DNA from: Octopus bimaculoides
Taxonomy: Eukaryota
Direction: 5' to 3'
DNA: 64,000 nt
Assembly (NCBI RefSeq): GCF_001194135.2
Contig: NC_069003.1
Coordinates: 28,469,126 to 28,533,125, forward strand
Part shown: positions 37,943-50,555 of the stretch, piece by piece
How positions within the stretch are numbered: the stretch's first letter is position 1
Layout of the letters: every line of letters starts with the position of its first letter
Program-made: the position numbers and the translations under genes
The notes under the pieces: model-generated
The model's database searches: none
Seen by the model: the letters and a program-made list of their open reading frames with translations, nothing else
What the model was told of the DNA's origin: nothing

Positions 37943-38729
37943 TATAGGGCAGGGAATCGTCAATTAGTAATAAAATTAATAATTAAAAATTTTGCCAAGT
38001 AGTTCAGTATGAAAAAACCTTTNNNNNNNNNNNNNNNNNNNNNNNNNNNNNNNNNNNNNNNNNNNNNNNNNNNNNNNNNNNNNNNNNNNNNNNNNNNNNN
38101 NNNNNNNNNNNNNNNNNNNNNNNNNNNNNNNNNNNNNNNNNNNNNNNNNNNNNNNNNNNNNNNNNNNNNNNNNNNNNNNNNNNNNNNNNNNNNNNNNNNN
38201 NNNNNNNNNNNNNNNNNNNNNNNNNNNNNNNNNNNNNNNNNNNNNNNNNNNNNNNNNNNNNNNNNNNNNNNNNNNNNNNNNNNNNNNNNNNNNNNNNNNN
38301 NNNNNNNNNNNNNNNNNNNNNNNNNNNNNNNNNNNNNNNNNNNNNNNNNNNNNNNNNNNNNNNNNNNNNNNNNNNNNNNNNNNNNNNNNNNNNNNNNNNN
38401 NNNNNNNNNNNNNNNNNNNNNNNNNNNNNNNNNNNNNNNNNNNNNNNNNNNNNNNNNNNNNNNNNNNNNNNNNNNNNNNNNNNNNNNNNNNNNNNNNNNN
38501 NNNNNNNNNNNNNNNNNNNNNNNNNNNNNNNNNNNNNNNNNNNNNNNNNNNNNNNNNNNNNNNNNNNNNNNNNNNNNNNNNNNNNNNNNNNNNNNNNNNN
38601 NNNNNNNNNNNNNNNNNNNNNNNNNNNNNNNNNNNNNNNNNNNNNNNNNNNNNNNNNNNNNNNNNNNNNNNNNNNNNNNNNNNNNNNNNNNNNNNNNNNN
38701 NNNNNNNNNNNNNNNNNNNNNNNNNNNNN

Positions 38730-38775
<46 letters not shown>

Positions 38776-39315
38776 CATATATATATTTAGAGAGAGAGAG
38801 AGAGAAAGAAGAAAGAGAGAAGTAAGACCTTTGTACTCTAATATCGATCGTTTGTTTAATGTGCTGGTTAAGCAATTAATATCTGTTAGTCCTACGTTGC
38901 TGTTTGCGACCTTTCAGTGTCTTAGCGCCTTCCTCTGTCGCATCAAGCTCTGCTATGTCTGCTCTGAGTCTCTGAGAATTAGACTATGCATGCTTATTAT
39001 TAGCATAGTGTGTTTATTCATGCTTATTATTGGCATAATGACTCTCTCGAGACAACAAAACTTAATGTAAAAGTTGTTGACAAATACGCTATAAACAACT
39101 AGAAAACAATAAATGAACATATTTTTTTTTTGCTGTAGTTTCAGCTCAGAGCTGCGGCTATGTTATAATCATAACATTCTCATTATATAAATACACCTCT
39201 TAACGATATTACATTAAATATTTACAATACCTTTTATTCTATATTCTTCTATCAAGTTAAACTATATATTACAATATATATACGGGCATGGCAATAGGTG
39301 CAGGCGCAGGCGTGA

Positions 39316-39464
39316 CCCCTGGACTTATTCTTTGTAAGCCTAGTACTTATTCTATCGGTCTCTTTTTGCCGAACCGCTAAGTTACTGGGACGTAAATACA
39401 TCAGCATCGGTTGTCAAAGCGATGTTGGGGGTACAAACACAGACACGCAAACACACACTCATAT

Positions 39465-39497
<33 letters not shown>

Positions 39498-39650
39498 CGA
39501 CGGTCTTCTTTCAGTTTCCGTCTACCAAATCCACTCACAAGGCTTTGGTCGGCCCGAGGCTATAGTAGAAGACACTTGCCCAAAGTGCCACACAGTGGGA
39601 CTGAACCCGGAACCATGTGGTTGGTAAGCAAGCCACTTACCACACGGCCA
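39316..39650 (-). mobile_element. SINE family A, near full length
   Basis: Reverse complement of 42954-43372, including the internal (TA)n. Confidence 0.9.
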
Positions 39651-40015
39651 GATATCGTATCAATGTACGGGTCGAAATGTTTGTCACCCTATTTATACGG
39701 GGTGAAGTTGAATATATATTTCTGACAACTGAGTCAACATTTTCGCTCTCATTGTCGATTAATTCTATAAAACGGAAAGAAATGATGACTAAAATTTTCA
39801 AAGCCTGCTTTTAGTTCGATGAGGTTTGAAGTCGGTGTAAGGGTAAATTTGAAACAACGTAAAATAAAGTGTTTTGCTCAAGAACACAACACACATCCCA
39901 GTTCAGGAATCGAACACTACCTCGTCATTGTGAGGCCGACGGCTCAGAGTCTAAGCACCGAGCCAAAAAGAGAAAGAAAGAAAGAAAGAAAGAGGGAGGG
40001 AGAGAGAAAGGGAAA

Positions 40016-40084
<69 letters not shown>

Positions 40085-40804
40085 GTTAAAATAATGGTTA
40101 AATGAGTTCTTGGGGTGGGATGGTTTTTGAAACAATTTGACTTATAAAAAACAACCAACCAAAGGTCGTTTAATTTTGTTTGGTTTCATTCTTCAATAAA
40201 TTCCTAACATTTCTTTCAATACACTGAAATCAATAAACAGTTGACTTTTTTGTCATCAAACCAGCTTCAAAAGCCAACTCTACACAAAACTTATCCTTCG
40301 GGCAAACATTCACTGCAAACAAACAAACACACACACACACACACAATATAAATTCAAGACAACATGGTCAAATATTTTAACTGGTAACTCCCAAGCATTC
40401 TTTGACCAAGCAAACAAGCAAACAAATATATTTAAAAATACCTGAATTCCTCACATTCTTGAACCCCCCCCCCACAAAAAACCCCAGCTGATATCCCTCA
40501 CACGTATATATAAGAAAAGTTGCTCAATATCGCACACCATTCGTAAAATGCCAATAGGAATAAAAGCACTAATGATAAATAACAGCCGGTGCTGGCTTGT
40601 TTACGTCCCTTAATCCTTGCGGTTCGGTATAAGAAATCCATAAAAAAAGTACCAAGCTTTTAAAATATTGTTACTTTGGGTTTATTTGTTCGACTAAACA
40701 CCACAAGGCAGTGCCCAGACATTGTACAGTACTACGGCTGAAATAAGTAAAACTTACACACACACACATACACACACACACACACACATGCAGCCCAAGC
40801 CAAA

Positions 40805-41200
40805 AGGATTAGACGGAGGGAATGATTAAAATCCTGATGTTGGACAATTTTGCTGTTCTGTGGCGCATGGCCCTCATAGGGTTGCCACATGCGGTTACAC
40901 CTCCAGTGGCAATTTCGGTGTGTTCAGCTACCAGCCCAGACTCCACTGCTAGTCAGGGTGAGAAAAGCAAACTGCCAAAGCATCGGTTGCTCTCCGATAG
41001 GTTTATAGTCGAGCCTGTGGCAGATGAGACTTCCGGTGCTCTTGACCCGCTGACCATATTCCTGCTTACAGCTCTCGGGGTGGAGATGGCTGTCCTCAAG
41101 TGGGAGCCATGTGAGTCAGAGTGGCTGGCTGGTCCAACGCAACTCCGTCGTCATCCTCCGGGATAATACTTGTTCCATATTGTCTGCTGGAACAATACGA
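40805..41200 (+). mobile_element. 3' fragment of a CRE-like non-LTR retrotransposon (restriction-like endonuclease domain)
   Basis: Frameshifted ...DRFIVEPVADETSGALDPLT...EPCESEWL, then QRNSVVILRDNTCSILSAG, matching the RLE motifs PVAVETxG and QRxSxxxxRGNAxxIL. Confidence 0.75.
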
Positions 41201-42291
41201 GGCGATCTGAATTACAGGAAATCAAGAGAATGTAAGAATTTCAGAGCAACATGAACAATAAACTCATTAAATCCTTCAAAAAAATAAAAATATAAAAAGA
41301 ACGCAGCTTGTTTTATCCGATAATTAACGTAAGGTAGCATTTGTTATTCGAAATCTTTAAACTGCCAAATAGAGAGAACACATTTTATCAAAGTGGATGA
41401 GATCAGTTTTACCCTCCTTTAACAAAATATCCTTTTCTCTCGTCCATTGAACCACACGTTGAAGCCGTTTGTGAATTTTAAAATTTTGCAACATATAGAT
41501 GATATTCGTGATGTCATATACGTAATCAAGAGAAGCAAACCCGACACAGCACCTTGGTAGAGCCACTGGTGACGTTTGCTGAGTCTCAGTGAATTTAACG
41601 ATCATAACATGATAGGTTCTACTCAGTAGAAAACGGTTAATTCATTCCAGTAATTTTATCGCAGAATCTGTATAGTAGCTGAGTGTCGAAAGCCTTGTGA
41701 AAGTCGTGATATATATCAGATTTGAGTTTGGTCTGTTCTCACATCTCTAAAATACTAAAATGACGTAGAAGCTTTATTGAACAGTCTCCAGCACATCGAA
41801 AGCCGCTGTGGTTGGAATTTGGGAGATTTGCTCTCCAGGAAATCAATTATTCTTTATCTCATATTCGCAAAAATCATTTCATCATATGAGAAGTGAGATC
41901 AGGCGATGGTTTACTGAAACCGACACATTCCCGTTTTTTTTTTAAACTGCGATGATAGATTGGGGTAGAGAATGTTAGGGTATATAGACTATGTCTTACA
42001 ATTTTTCTCCAGAGATTAGTTAAAGGAGATGCCAGTTGATATTAGCATTCCTTAAGGACACTAGCGAGGAATTTATCGGGGGTACCTACTGCTGAGATGT
42101 GTTTACTGTTATACATACTTATATATATACATATATACAAATATACATAAATGCATGCATGCATACATACATACACACATGTAATACATATAGGCACGCA
42201 CGCATGTATACATATGAATATGTAGGTGTGACTGTCTCGGTATGTATCATATATGTGTTTATTATTTACACGTCTACATAAATATAACTAG

Positions 42292-42376
<85 letters not shown>

Positions 42377-42652
42377 CAAACATACACACGCACTCGTATA
42401 TATTCTGCAGAACCTCTCCTGGTTACAACGTGCAGTAAAATTTTATTCAGTAAAACTTTTTTTATATGGAAAATTTTTCGCATACGAAAACTTTTAAAAT
42501 AAATTTTAATTTATCTTTTTTTGGGTGTAAAAGTTATCTTGTGAAAAAAAATCAAAAACAAAATAAAAGCAAAGCGACAAAAATATATGCTAATATTTTT
42601 ACAATAAAACTGTTACATGAAAATATTTATGTGAAAACATAATTTTTCAACA

Positions 42653-42905
42653 TAGGCATGTGTGGTTAGTACTTTGCCTCCCAGCCTCATGGTTGCAGGT
42701 TCAGTCCCACTGCGTGGCACCTTGGGCAAGTGTTTTCTACTATAGCTTCGGGCCGACTAAAGCCTTGTGAGTGGATCTGTTATAGCCTGTCGCATATATG
42801 CGTGTGTTTGTGTTTGACCCCATTACCGCTTGACAACCAGAGCAGGTGTATTTCAGTCCCTGTAACTTAGCAGTTCGGCGAAGGATCGATAGAATAAGCG
42901 TCTGT
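42653..42905 (+). mobile_element. SINE family A, truncated
   Basis: Family-A head and body, directly upstream of a second copy. Confidence 0.85.
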
Positions 42906-42953
42906 TGCCATTAATAGCCGATATATATAGGTGCAGACATGGCTGTGTTAATA

Positions 42954-43372
42954 GGCATAGGTGTGGTTGTGTAGTAAGAAGCTTGCTTCCCAACCACATG
43001 GTTCCGGGTTCAGTCCCAATGCGTAGCACCTTGGACAAGTGTCGTCTACTATAGCCTCGGGCCGACCAAAGCCTTGTGAGTGGATTTGGTAGACGGAAAC
43101 TGAAAGAAGCCCGTCGTATATATATATATGTATATATATGTATGTATATATTTGCGCGTCTTGGTTTCTCCTCCCACCATCGCTTGACAACCGATGTTGG
43201 TGTGCTTACGTTCACGAAACTTAGTTGTTCGGCAAAAGGGGCCGATAGAATAAATACTAGGTTTACAAAGAATAAATTCTGGGGTCGATTTGCTCGACTA
43301 AAGGCGGTGCTCCAACATGGCTGCAGTCAAATGACTGAAACAAGTAAAAGAAAAAAAAACGAATAAAAGAAT
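42954..43372 (+). mobile_element. SINE family A, full length
   Basis: tRNA-like head (gtagtaagaagcttgcttcccaaccacatggttccgggttcagtccc), partial CORE-like ccttggacaagtgtc, internal (TA)n, 3' end gactgaaacaagtaaaaga with A-rich tail. Confidence 0.9.
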
Positions 43373-44620
43373 ATACACACAAGCGCGTGCATATGTATAC
43401 ACACACTCACATACATACAGTTTCATATCTACATATATACACTCGCCCAACACATAATGCTTCATTTGTCTTTCAATTTATCCCTGCAATATATCTGACG
43501 CTGCTGTAAAGTCAGTTGCTAAGAGTCACAGTAGTCTAGTCTACGCTGTCGATATTTCACAGAGGATGTTGTAAATACTAGACACACAGTGGGTCGTCTC
43601 TAATGTTTCACAGTTTATCACAATTATCATTGAAATCCAAATATTTCTGGGTCTTGTTTATAGTTAACACTAATACAGGAAAGATATTATTTTTTCATCA
43701 CTTATACTTCCCGATATTTACAGCAATGGAAAGTGATTTTATATACAACGAACGGACTTTTGTCTACATATTTAATTTTCTTTACATCTAACCTTTCCCG
43801 ATTCGTTTATTTAATTTTTATCAACTCTTTTGTTTCAAATGTTATCCAGGGTCTTTTTAGAAATTATAAATATACATAGCAAAATAAACAAAAAAAATGC
43901 CAAAACAAACTAGAATGCAAGTGAAATAGTGTTGTTTTGTATCAGAAAGGCAAAAAAGTAGCAGAAAAACGTCTAAAGTGAATTGTGACATTTCTAAGAG
44001 GGTGTTGCAAGGTTGTATATGAAGGTATTTGTTCCCGTGTTTTACGTGTACCTTCTGAGTTCTAATTCTATCGAAGTCAACTTTGCCCTTTCGCCCTTCA
44101 ACTGGGAAAAATTTGAAGCTATAAAGTTATCTAGAGCAGAAACGAGACAATGTCCATGAATTTTCTCAACTATTCTAGGTTGGTGAGATCGATTTGCTTA
44201 GGGCCCTGTTAAAACTGTAGTCAAAGCCTTATGGGTAGGGATGGACTTGAATTGTAACTCCGAGGAATAAATGTAGTCTGTGCTTAATGTGGAGAATTAC
44301 TCACGGTCGATATGGCGACAATTAAGGAAGACGGGTGATATCTTTTTGTTTCCCACACTCTTTATTAATCAGTTTACTACATAGAGTTTGTGTTCATATA
44401 ATTCGTCATTGTTCGGCATGGTTTTGAACATGTTTAAAATCTTCAAAATCAAAATTCTGATAAAAACGACAGTTTATTCACTCCATTTTCAATTCTCTCA
44501 GCCTACTCCGGCGGGTGGTTGATGGACTGTCTCCTCCCTATAAGAAACACTGGGCTACACAATAACAACTTAAATTCACAACATCTATCTACTCTGATAT
44601 TTATGGTTTATGATCGAGCC

Positions 44621-44770
44621 TGCCACAGGCTCGACCATTCATTAATTCAGTGCCTTGTGGCACAATCAAGGAATAAATGAATGGTCGAGCCTGTGACAGT
44701 GGAAACTTCCGGCGTTCTCGGCTGCCGGACCATACCTCTGCTCGCTGCTAGTGCAACCCCTGTGGGTGCA
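44621..44770 (+). mobile_element. Short CRE-like fragment with a 28-bp inverted repeat at its 5' end
   Basis: gtcgagcctgtgacagtggaaacttccggcgttctcggc (VEPVTVETSGVLG) is homologous to 41007-41060. Arms 44621-44648 and 44671-44698 pair with two mismatches. Confidence 0.65.
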
Positions 44771-45234
44771 ACATATCCGATGAAGCTAGCTTGTTAACGT
44801 TGATAAATCAAGACAGTAATAGTAACGAGAAAAGGTACTTGCTCATTGTAGCATACAACCGGATCTGAATTAAAAGCCACAAACAGCAACTCTTGAACCT
44901 ATACCACAAAATACCCTCATGCGTCACGAGTATATGATATGCCCTAGCTACTATAAGTACATAAGGAAACAAAAACTATTATGCAGTAGTTCACCACATA
45001 AAAGGAACGATACGTCAAGAAACACTTTTTCATGATGTAATTAGTGAATTAGTTATGAGATCGAGGCTTGTTAAGCGTTATTCGATACGAGTAGCGTTTA
45101 TGATATTGATATTTTTATTACTGCTACAATAGAAGGATATTATAAATAGTAATACGAACAGGTTTCATTTGAAAATACTCTGCACACCTTTGAATTAAGG
45201 TACATCTAAAATATTCCTGATTCAAAGATAACGA

Positions 45235-45615
45235 GGTGCAGGCGTGCCTGTGCGGTAAGAAGCTTGCTTCCCAACCACATGGTTCCAGGTTCAGTCCCAT
45301 TACGTGGCACCTTGGGCAAGTGTTTTCTACTATAGCTTCGTGCCAACCAAAGGCTTCTGAGTGGATTTCGTAGGCGGAAATTGAAAGAAGCTCATCGTAT
45401 ATGTGTGTGTGTCTTTATGTCTTTATTTGTCCCTCCTCCACCACTTGACAACCAGTGTTTGCGTTCCCCTTAATGTAGCGGTTCGGCAAAAGTGCTCGAT
45501 AAAATAAGTACCAGGCTTAAAAAATAAGTACTAGGGTTGACTCATTCGACTAGAAATTTAAGGCGGTGCCTCAGCATGGCTGCACGGAACTAGGTATAAG
45601 ATAAGATAAAAGATC
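45235..45615 (+). mobile_element. SINE family A, full length
   Basis: Colinear with 42954-43372. Confidence 0.9.
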
Positions 45616-46462
45616 GAAATTAAGAGCCACGTTTTCCAATGTTTTGACACAGCTTTAATGTTATCGCACTTAAGTAGAATGTTCATAAGACCATTATCTC
45701 ATTATATTAAAGCGTGTGGAAGCACCTCCTAGCCACTATTCTTCCCACGAATTTGAAAGGAGATGCGTGTATCACTGGTAATATTTCATCTCAGAAGGAT
45801 TATGCTCGACAGCTGGATTAAATATTAATGCTCAAAAGGCAGCATTTTATCTTATATTTCAGCGATTTTGTTGAAAACGAAGGGAAAAAGTTTACTTACT
45901 TAAACGGCACAGTATATCTTTTAAATGTTTCAATCCTTAGATTGCGGTCATGCTGGAGTAAACTCTTGAAAAGGCTTAGTAGGACAAATTGATCCAATAC
46001 TTATTCTAAATCTGATATATTATTGTGTCTAGGAAGAGTGATTACGCCAGTATTATTAACTAACACACGCACTGGTTCAATTCTACTCCTTTATTATCAG
46101 TCAACTGTTTAAATATTTATCCAGGTAATTAATCGATCGTTTGTTTATCTTGTTAGTTAAAATGTCAATTTGTTCTTTTTTTTTTCTTTTGCTTTTGTTC
46201 GTCAGAGTTCTTTCATTGCCATACACAATCTTTTCAGTGATTTCTCTTTCATTTCCTAACGGAAGCCGTGTTTACCTGTCTGAGACCTGATTGCCGTTAT
46301 GTTATTTAGCATATATATTCATATATATATATTTTACGTATATGTATATACACACATCTATATCAATACACGTTGATTTAAACATATGTATATGTGCATA
46401 CATAAGAATAGACAGAAAAAGAGAGTAAGAGCAAAATGTAGCTGCATACAGAGGGCGGTGCT

Positions 46463-46493
<31 letters not shown>

Positions 46494-47824
46494 AGAGAGC
46501 AATAAGACATTATGCAAAGATCTCTGATAAAAAATGTTTCCTATCTTATTCACCTTTTATCTGACGCTGTAGTAGTGTTGACAGTGAAATTTGATCAGGG
46601 TATTTGAGAGGAAATTAAACGCTAGAAGCAATAAATGATTAGATTTAAATAATAGTCCTTTTTATTAATATATAAACTAAGATATGACAATAAATATGTG
46701 CAGTCTTATGACTGCTCTTTATATAATCGCAATCCTTTCTGAATGAAGTATTGCCTAAATGTTGGTGGGCAAAACGTCATTGAACAGATCGTGATAGTAA
46801 GATAAACTCTGTGTGGGGCAGGAAAAAAATAAAAAGAACAGAAATAAAAGAACAGTAGAAATAAAAAAAATATTAGAAATAGTAATTGGTGTACCAAGGT
46901 ATGATATAAAAAAAAACTATCTAAACAAAAACAAGCAAGCCATATGAAGAGATTTATAGTGTTACACCGTGTACAAAAATAGATCTGCTAGCTACAGACC
47001 ACATCCTACGCAAGACACGTATATTTCAATACTATATAATGCAGTACACACTATGCATGTAACACATGCATTGCACAATCACCACCCTATAAAATAACAC
47101 AAGGCACACAACACATGCTCTGTATATTCAACACCCAATAAAATAACACGGCAAACATTGCCATGCATAAAACGCCAACAATATATATACATACATACAC
47201 AGACATATACACAGAGGCATATCTATATGTATGTATGTATGTATGTATGTATGCATGTATGTATGTATGAATACACACAATTACTATTGGGTATGCCCAA
47301 AGATTTTAAACGCTATTCCATTTGTAAATTAATTAAATTTACTAGACATTTGAGCCATTCTTAAAAGTCGGCCATATTTATTATAGAATCTCGCCGCGAA
47401 CAGTAAAAGACGGATCAAATGGACAACAATTTTTCTAGCTTATTAACTTTCACCAGCAATAGAACAGACACACACACACACATACACACACAAATACACA
47501 CAGGGTCTCACTCACTCAGTCACGCACATACACACACATTTCCTCTCCACACTTTCTCTCTCTTCCCTTGCGTACGTATCTATAAATAGGGTGTGCACGG
47601 AAAATATAATACATTAAAGACAAGTTGAATATTTGGCACACACGCACCCTGAGTACAGGAGGGGTAATCCACACTCAGAGACTCCAGCTTAGTAAGATCA
47701 AAGCATCCAACAACTCTTGATCAGTTTTCTCTCCAGAGTCCTACAAACTGATTCTTACAAAAATATCCGTCTTCTTCTAATTTGGTTAAACAGGAAACCA
47801 CCCACATCATTGAGAAATTGATGT

Positions 47825-48003
47825 ATTAGCTGTGAATAGATTTGTGTTATTCATTAGCTCTGTATTGATTTGTGTTGGTCATTAACTGTGTATAGACTTG
47901 TGTTGTTCATTATCTGTAAATAAATTTGTGTTGTTCATTAGCTGTGTATGGATTTGTGCTGTTCTTTAGCCGTATATAGACTGTGTATAGATTTGTGTTG
48001 TTC
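47825..48003. repeat. 28-bp minisatellite, about 6 diverged units
   Basis: Unit consensus attagctgtgtatagatttgtgttgttc. Confidence 0.9.
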
Positions 48004-48771
48004 TTTCTACCAGAATTCTGTCATCTTTTCGGCTTCGGAGACACGTTTTCATAGAATACCACTTCTTAACTCCTTCCTTTACCTGGAGTTGATCACTTTC
48101 CGATGTTCCTTTTGGCACAGAACAGAAGCCAACAATGAGCTTTTGTTGATTTCATTTATGTTTACAAGATCTCTTGTCAAATTGTTTCTGTAACTGTGTC
48201 AGTTTCTTTGTCAGCTTTTGCTATTCCTTTTTTTTAATTCTTTATCGTGACTTCAAAAATTTGTCGTGGGATGGGGCATATTTACCACTATGACCTTTAT
48301 GACTAGCATCTTCTTCTGCTACTTCAGAGAAAACCATATTGAATCACTTATAAACAAATCAATATAGATAGTTTTTTAAAAAATCCGTGCAATAAAAATG
48401 TCAACAGAATTTTTTTTTTTAATCCAAATAGATAGGGTAAGCATTTAAATGTTCAAAATATGATTCATGATAAAAAGAGCACACAAAAAGCATTTTTCTT
48501 AAGATAATCCTGGAAGAAAATACGTTACTGTTTTCAGAGAGCAGCAGCTGTAGTAGCAGCAACAACAAAATCAACAACAGCAACAGAAACAACAATAACA
48601 ACCACAACAAAGACAAAAGCAACAAATTTTCTCATAGGCACAAGGCTAGAAATTTCAGGGGATGGATGAGTCGATTAAATCGATCTCACCACTTGAATGG
48701 TAATTTATTCTATCGGGTCATCCCATAAGTTCTGTCCGAATTTTGAATAAAGAAAGCAAGTGATCAAATGT

Positions 48772-48811
<40 letters not shown>

Positions 48812-48858
48812 CATACATTCATGCATACAAACGAACATACATACATAAATCCATCCAT

Positions 48859-48933
<75 letters not shown>

Positions 48934-48999
48934 CACACATAAATATAAAGATGAATAGAAATTGCTTAGACCATAGTCAAATTTACAATTTCTCAAAAG

Positions 49000-49175
49000 A
49001 TATCTATGGAATTCTGAATTCTTACTTCTCTAAGATTTGTAGCTCTGTTTAACATGCTGCCAAGGTAATTGAAAGTAGATACGTTTTTCAAAGTTTCACC
49101 ATATGTCAGTATTTTAAGAGCTACACGAAGTGTTTCAAGGGATGGCTGATAAAGAAAAATAGTTTTATCGAAACC
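49000..49175 (-). mobile_element. RTE-clade LINE reverse-transcriptase fragment
   Basis: KTIFLYQPS...GETLKNVSTFNYLGSMLNRATNLREVRIQ matches the RTE KT.V.YQP...V..FxYLGS...EV..RI region. Confidence 0.65.
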
Positions 49176-49387
49176 ATTACATGCCAACGAAATTTTATCC
49201 ATTGCGTGTAACAATATTGTCACCAAGAGGTCTCTTATCTGAAATGCTAAAGTGTATAACTTGCAATTAAGATTTGTCGTTTTTCTCTGTATTTTTCGTA
49301 TTGTATTTCTGGTGTCACCCAAACATCTCTTAATGATATTCAACCAAAGCTAAGCTTACTTCCCGTCACAATTCATTTTTTGAAAGT

Positions 49388-49680
49388 AGAGGTGTGACTG
49401 TGTGTGCTTTCCAAGCACATTGTTCCGGTTTCAGTTCCACTGCATGGCACCTTGCGCAGGTGTCTTTACTATATAGTCTCGGGCCCACAAAAGCCTTGTG
49501 AGTGGTAGACAAAAACTGAAAGAAAACCGGCGTGTATATATTGTTACACTCTGTGTAGTACGCTAAGGGTACGGTACACGTATCTGTGGAGTGCTCAGCT
49601 ACATGCACTTTAATTTCTCCAGCAGGCTGTTCCGTCGATCGGATCAGCTTAAACACTCGTCGTCGCAACCGACAGAATAA
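49388..49680 (+). mobile_element. Chimeric SINE: family-A head joined to family-C tail
   Basis: Family-A sequence to about 49535, then gtatctgtggagtgctcagc...gcaggctgttccgtcgatcggatca, as in the family-C tail at 15400-15530. Confidence 0.7.
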
Positions 49681-50320
49681 CAGTTAGTCTATATATATNN
49701 NNNNNNNNNNNNNNNNNNNNNNNNNNNNNNNNNNNNNNNNNNNNNNNNNNNNNNNNNNNNNNNNNNNNNNNNNNNNNNNNNNNNNNNNNNNNNNNNNNNN
49801 NNNNNNNNNNNNNNNNNNNNNNNNNNNNNNNNNNNNNNNNNNNNNNNNNNNNNNNNNNNNNNNNNNNNNNNNNNNNNNNNNNNNNNNNNNNNNNNNNNNN
49901 NNNNNNNNNNNNNNNNNNNNNNNNNNNNNNNNNNNNNNNNNNNNNNNNNNNNNNNNNNNNNNNNNNNNNNNNNNNNNNNNNNNNNNNNNNNNNNNNNNNN
50001 NNNNNNNNNNNNNNNNNNNNNNNNNNNNNNNNNNNNNNNNNNNNNNNNNNNNNNNNNNNNNNNNNNNNNNNNNNNNNNNNNNNNNNNNNNNNNNNNNNNN
50101 NNNNNNNNNNNNNNNNNNNNNNNNNNNNNNNNNNNNNNNNNNNNNNNNNNNNNNNNNNNNNNNNNNNNGGAACTGTGGGCACTGCTACAAAAGGTACTCC
50201 AGATTAAGGTGGTGATGTTAAACCGTGCTGAAGATTAAAGCCTATCATCACATAACTGGCACAGTTGATCAAATGAACTTCTAATGTGTTTCTGGCTGCA
50301 TAATTTCACTCACAAGAATT

Positions 50321-50555
50321 TGCGGCGAGCTGGCAGAGGCGTTAGCACGCCGGGCGAAATGCCTAACGGTATTTCGTCTGCCGCTACGTTCTGAGTTCAA
50401 ATTTCGCCGAGGTCGACTTTGCCTTTCATCTTTTCGGGGTTGATTAAATAAGTACCAGTTACGCATTGGGGTCAATTTAATCGACTTAACCCCTTTGTCT
50501 GTCCTTGCTTGTCCCCTCTATGTTTAGCCCCTTGTGGACAGTAAAGAAATAAAAA
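50321..50555 (+). mobile_element. tRNA-derived SINE family B, well preserved
   Basis: gcggcgagctggcagaggcgttagcacgccgggcg (A-box-like) ... ctgagttcaaatttcgcc (B box) ... gtcgactttgcctttcatc ... aagtaccagttacgca. Confidence 0.9.

Noticed and set aside
47825-48003. CRISPR-like array
   Set aside because: Units are contiguous diverged tandem repeats with no unique spacers; the context is eukaryotic and no cas genes are present.
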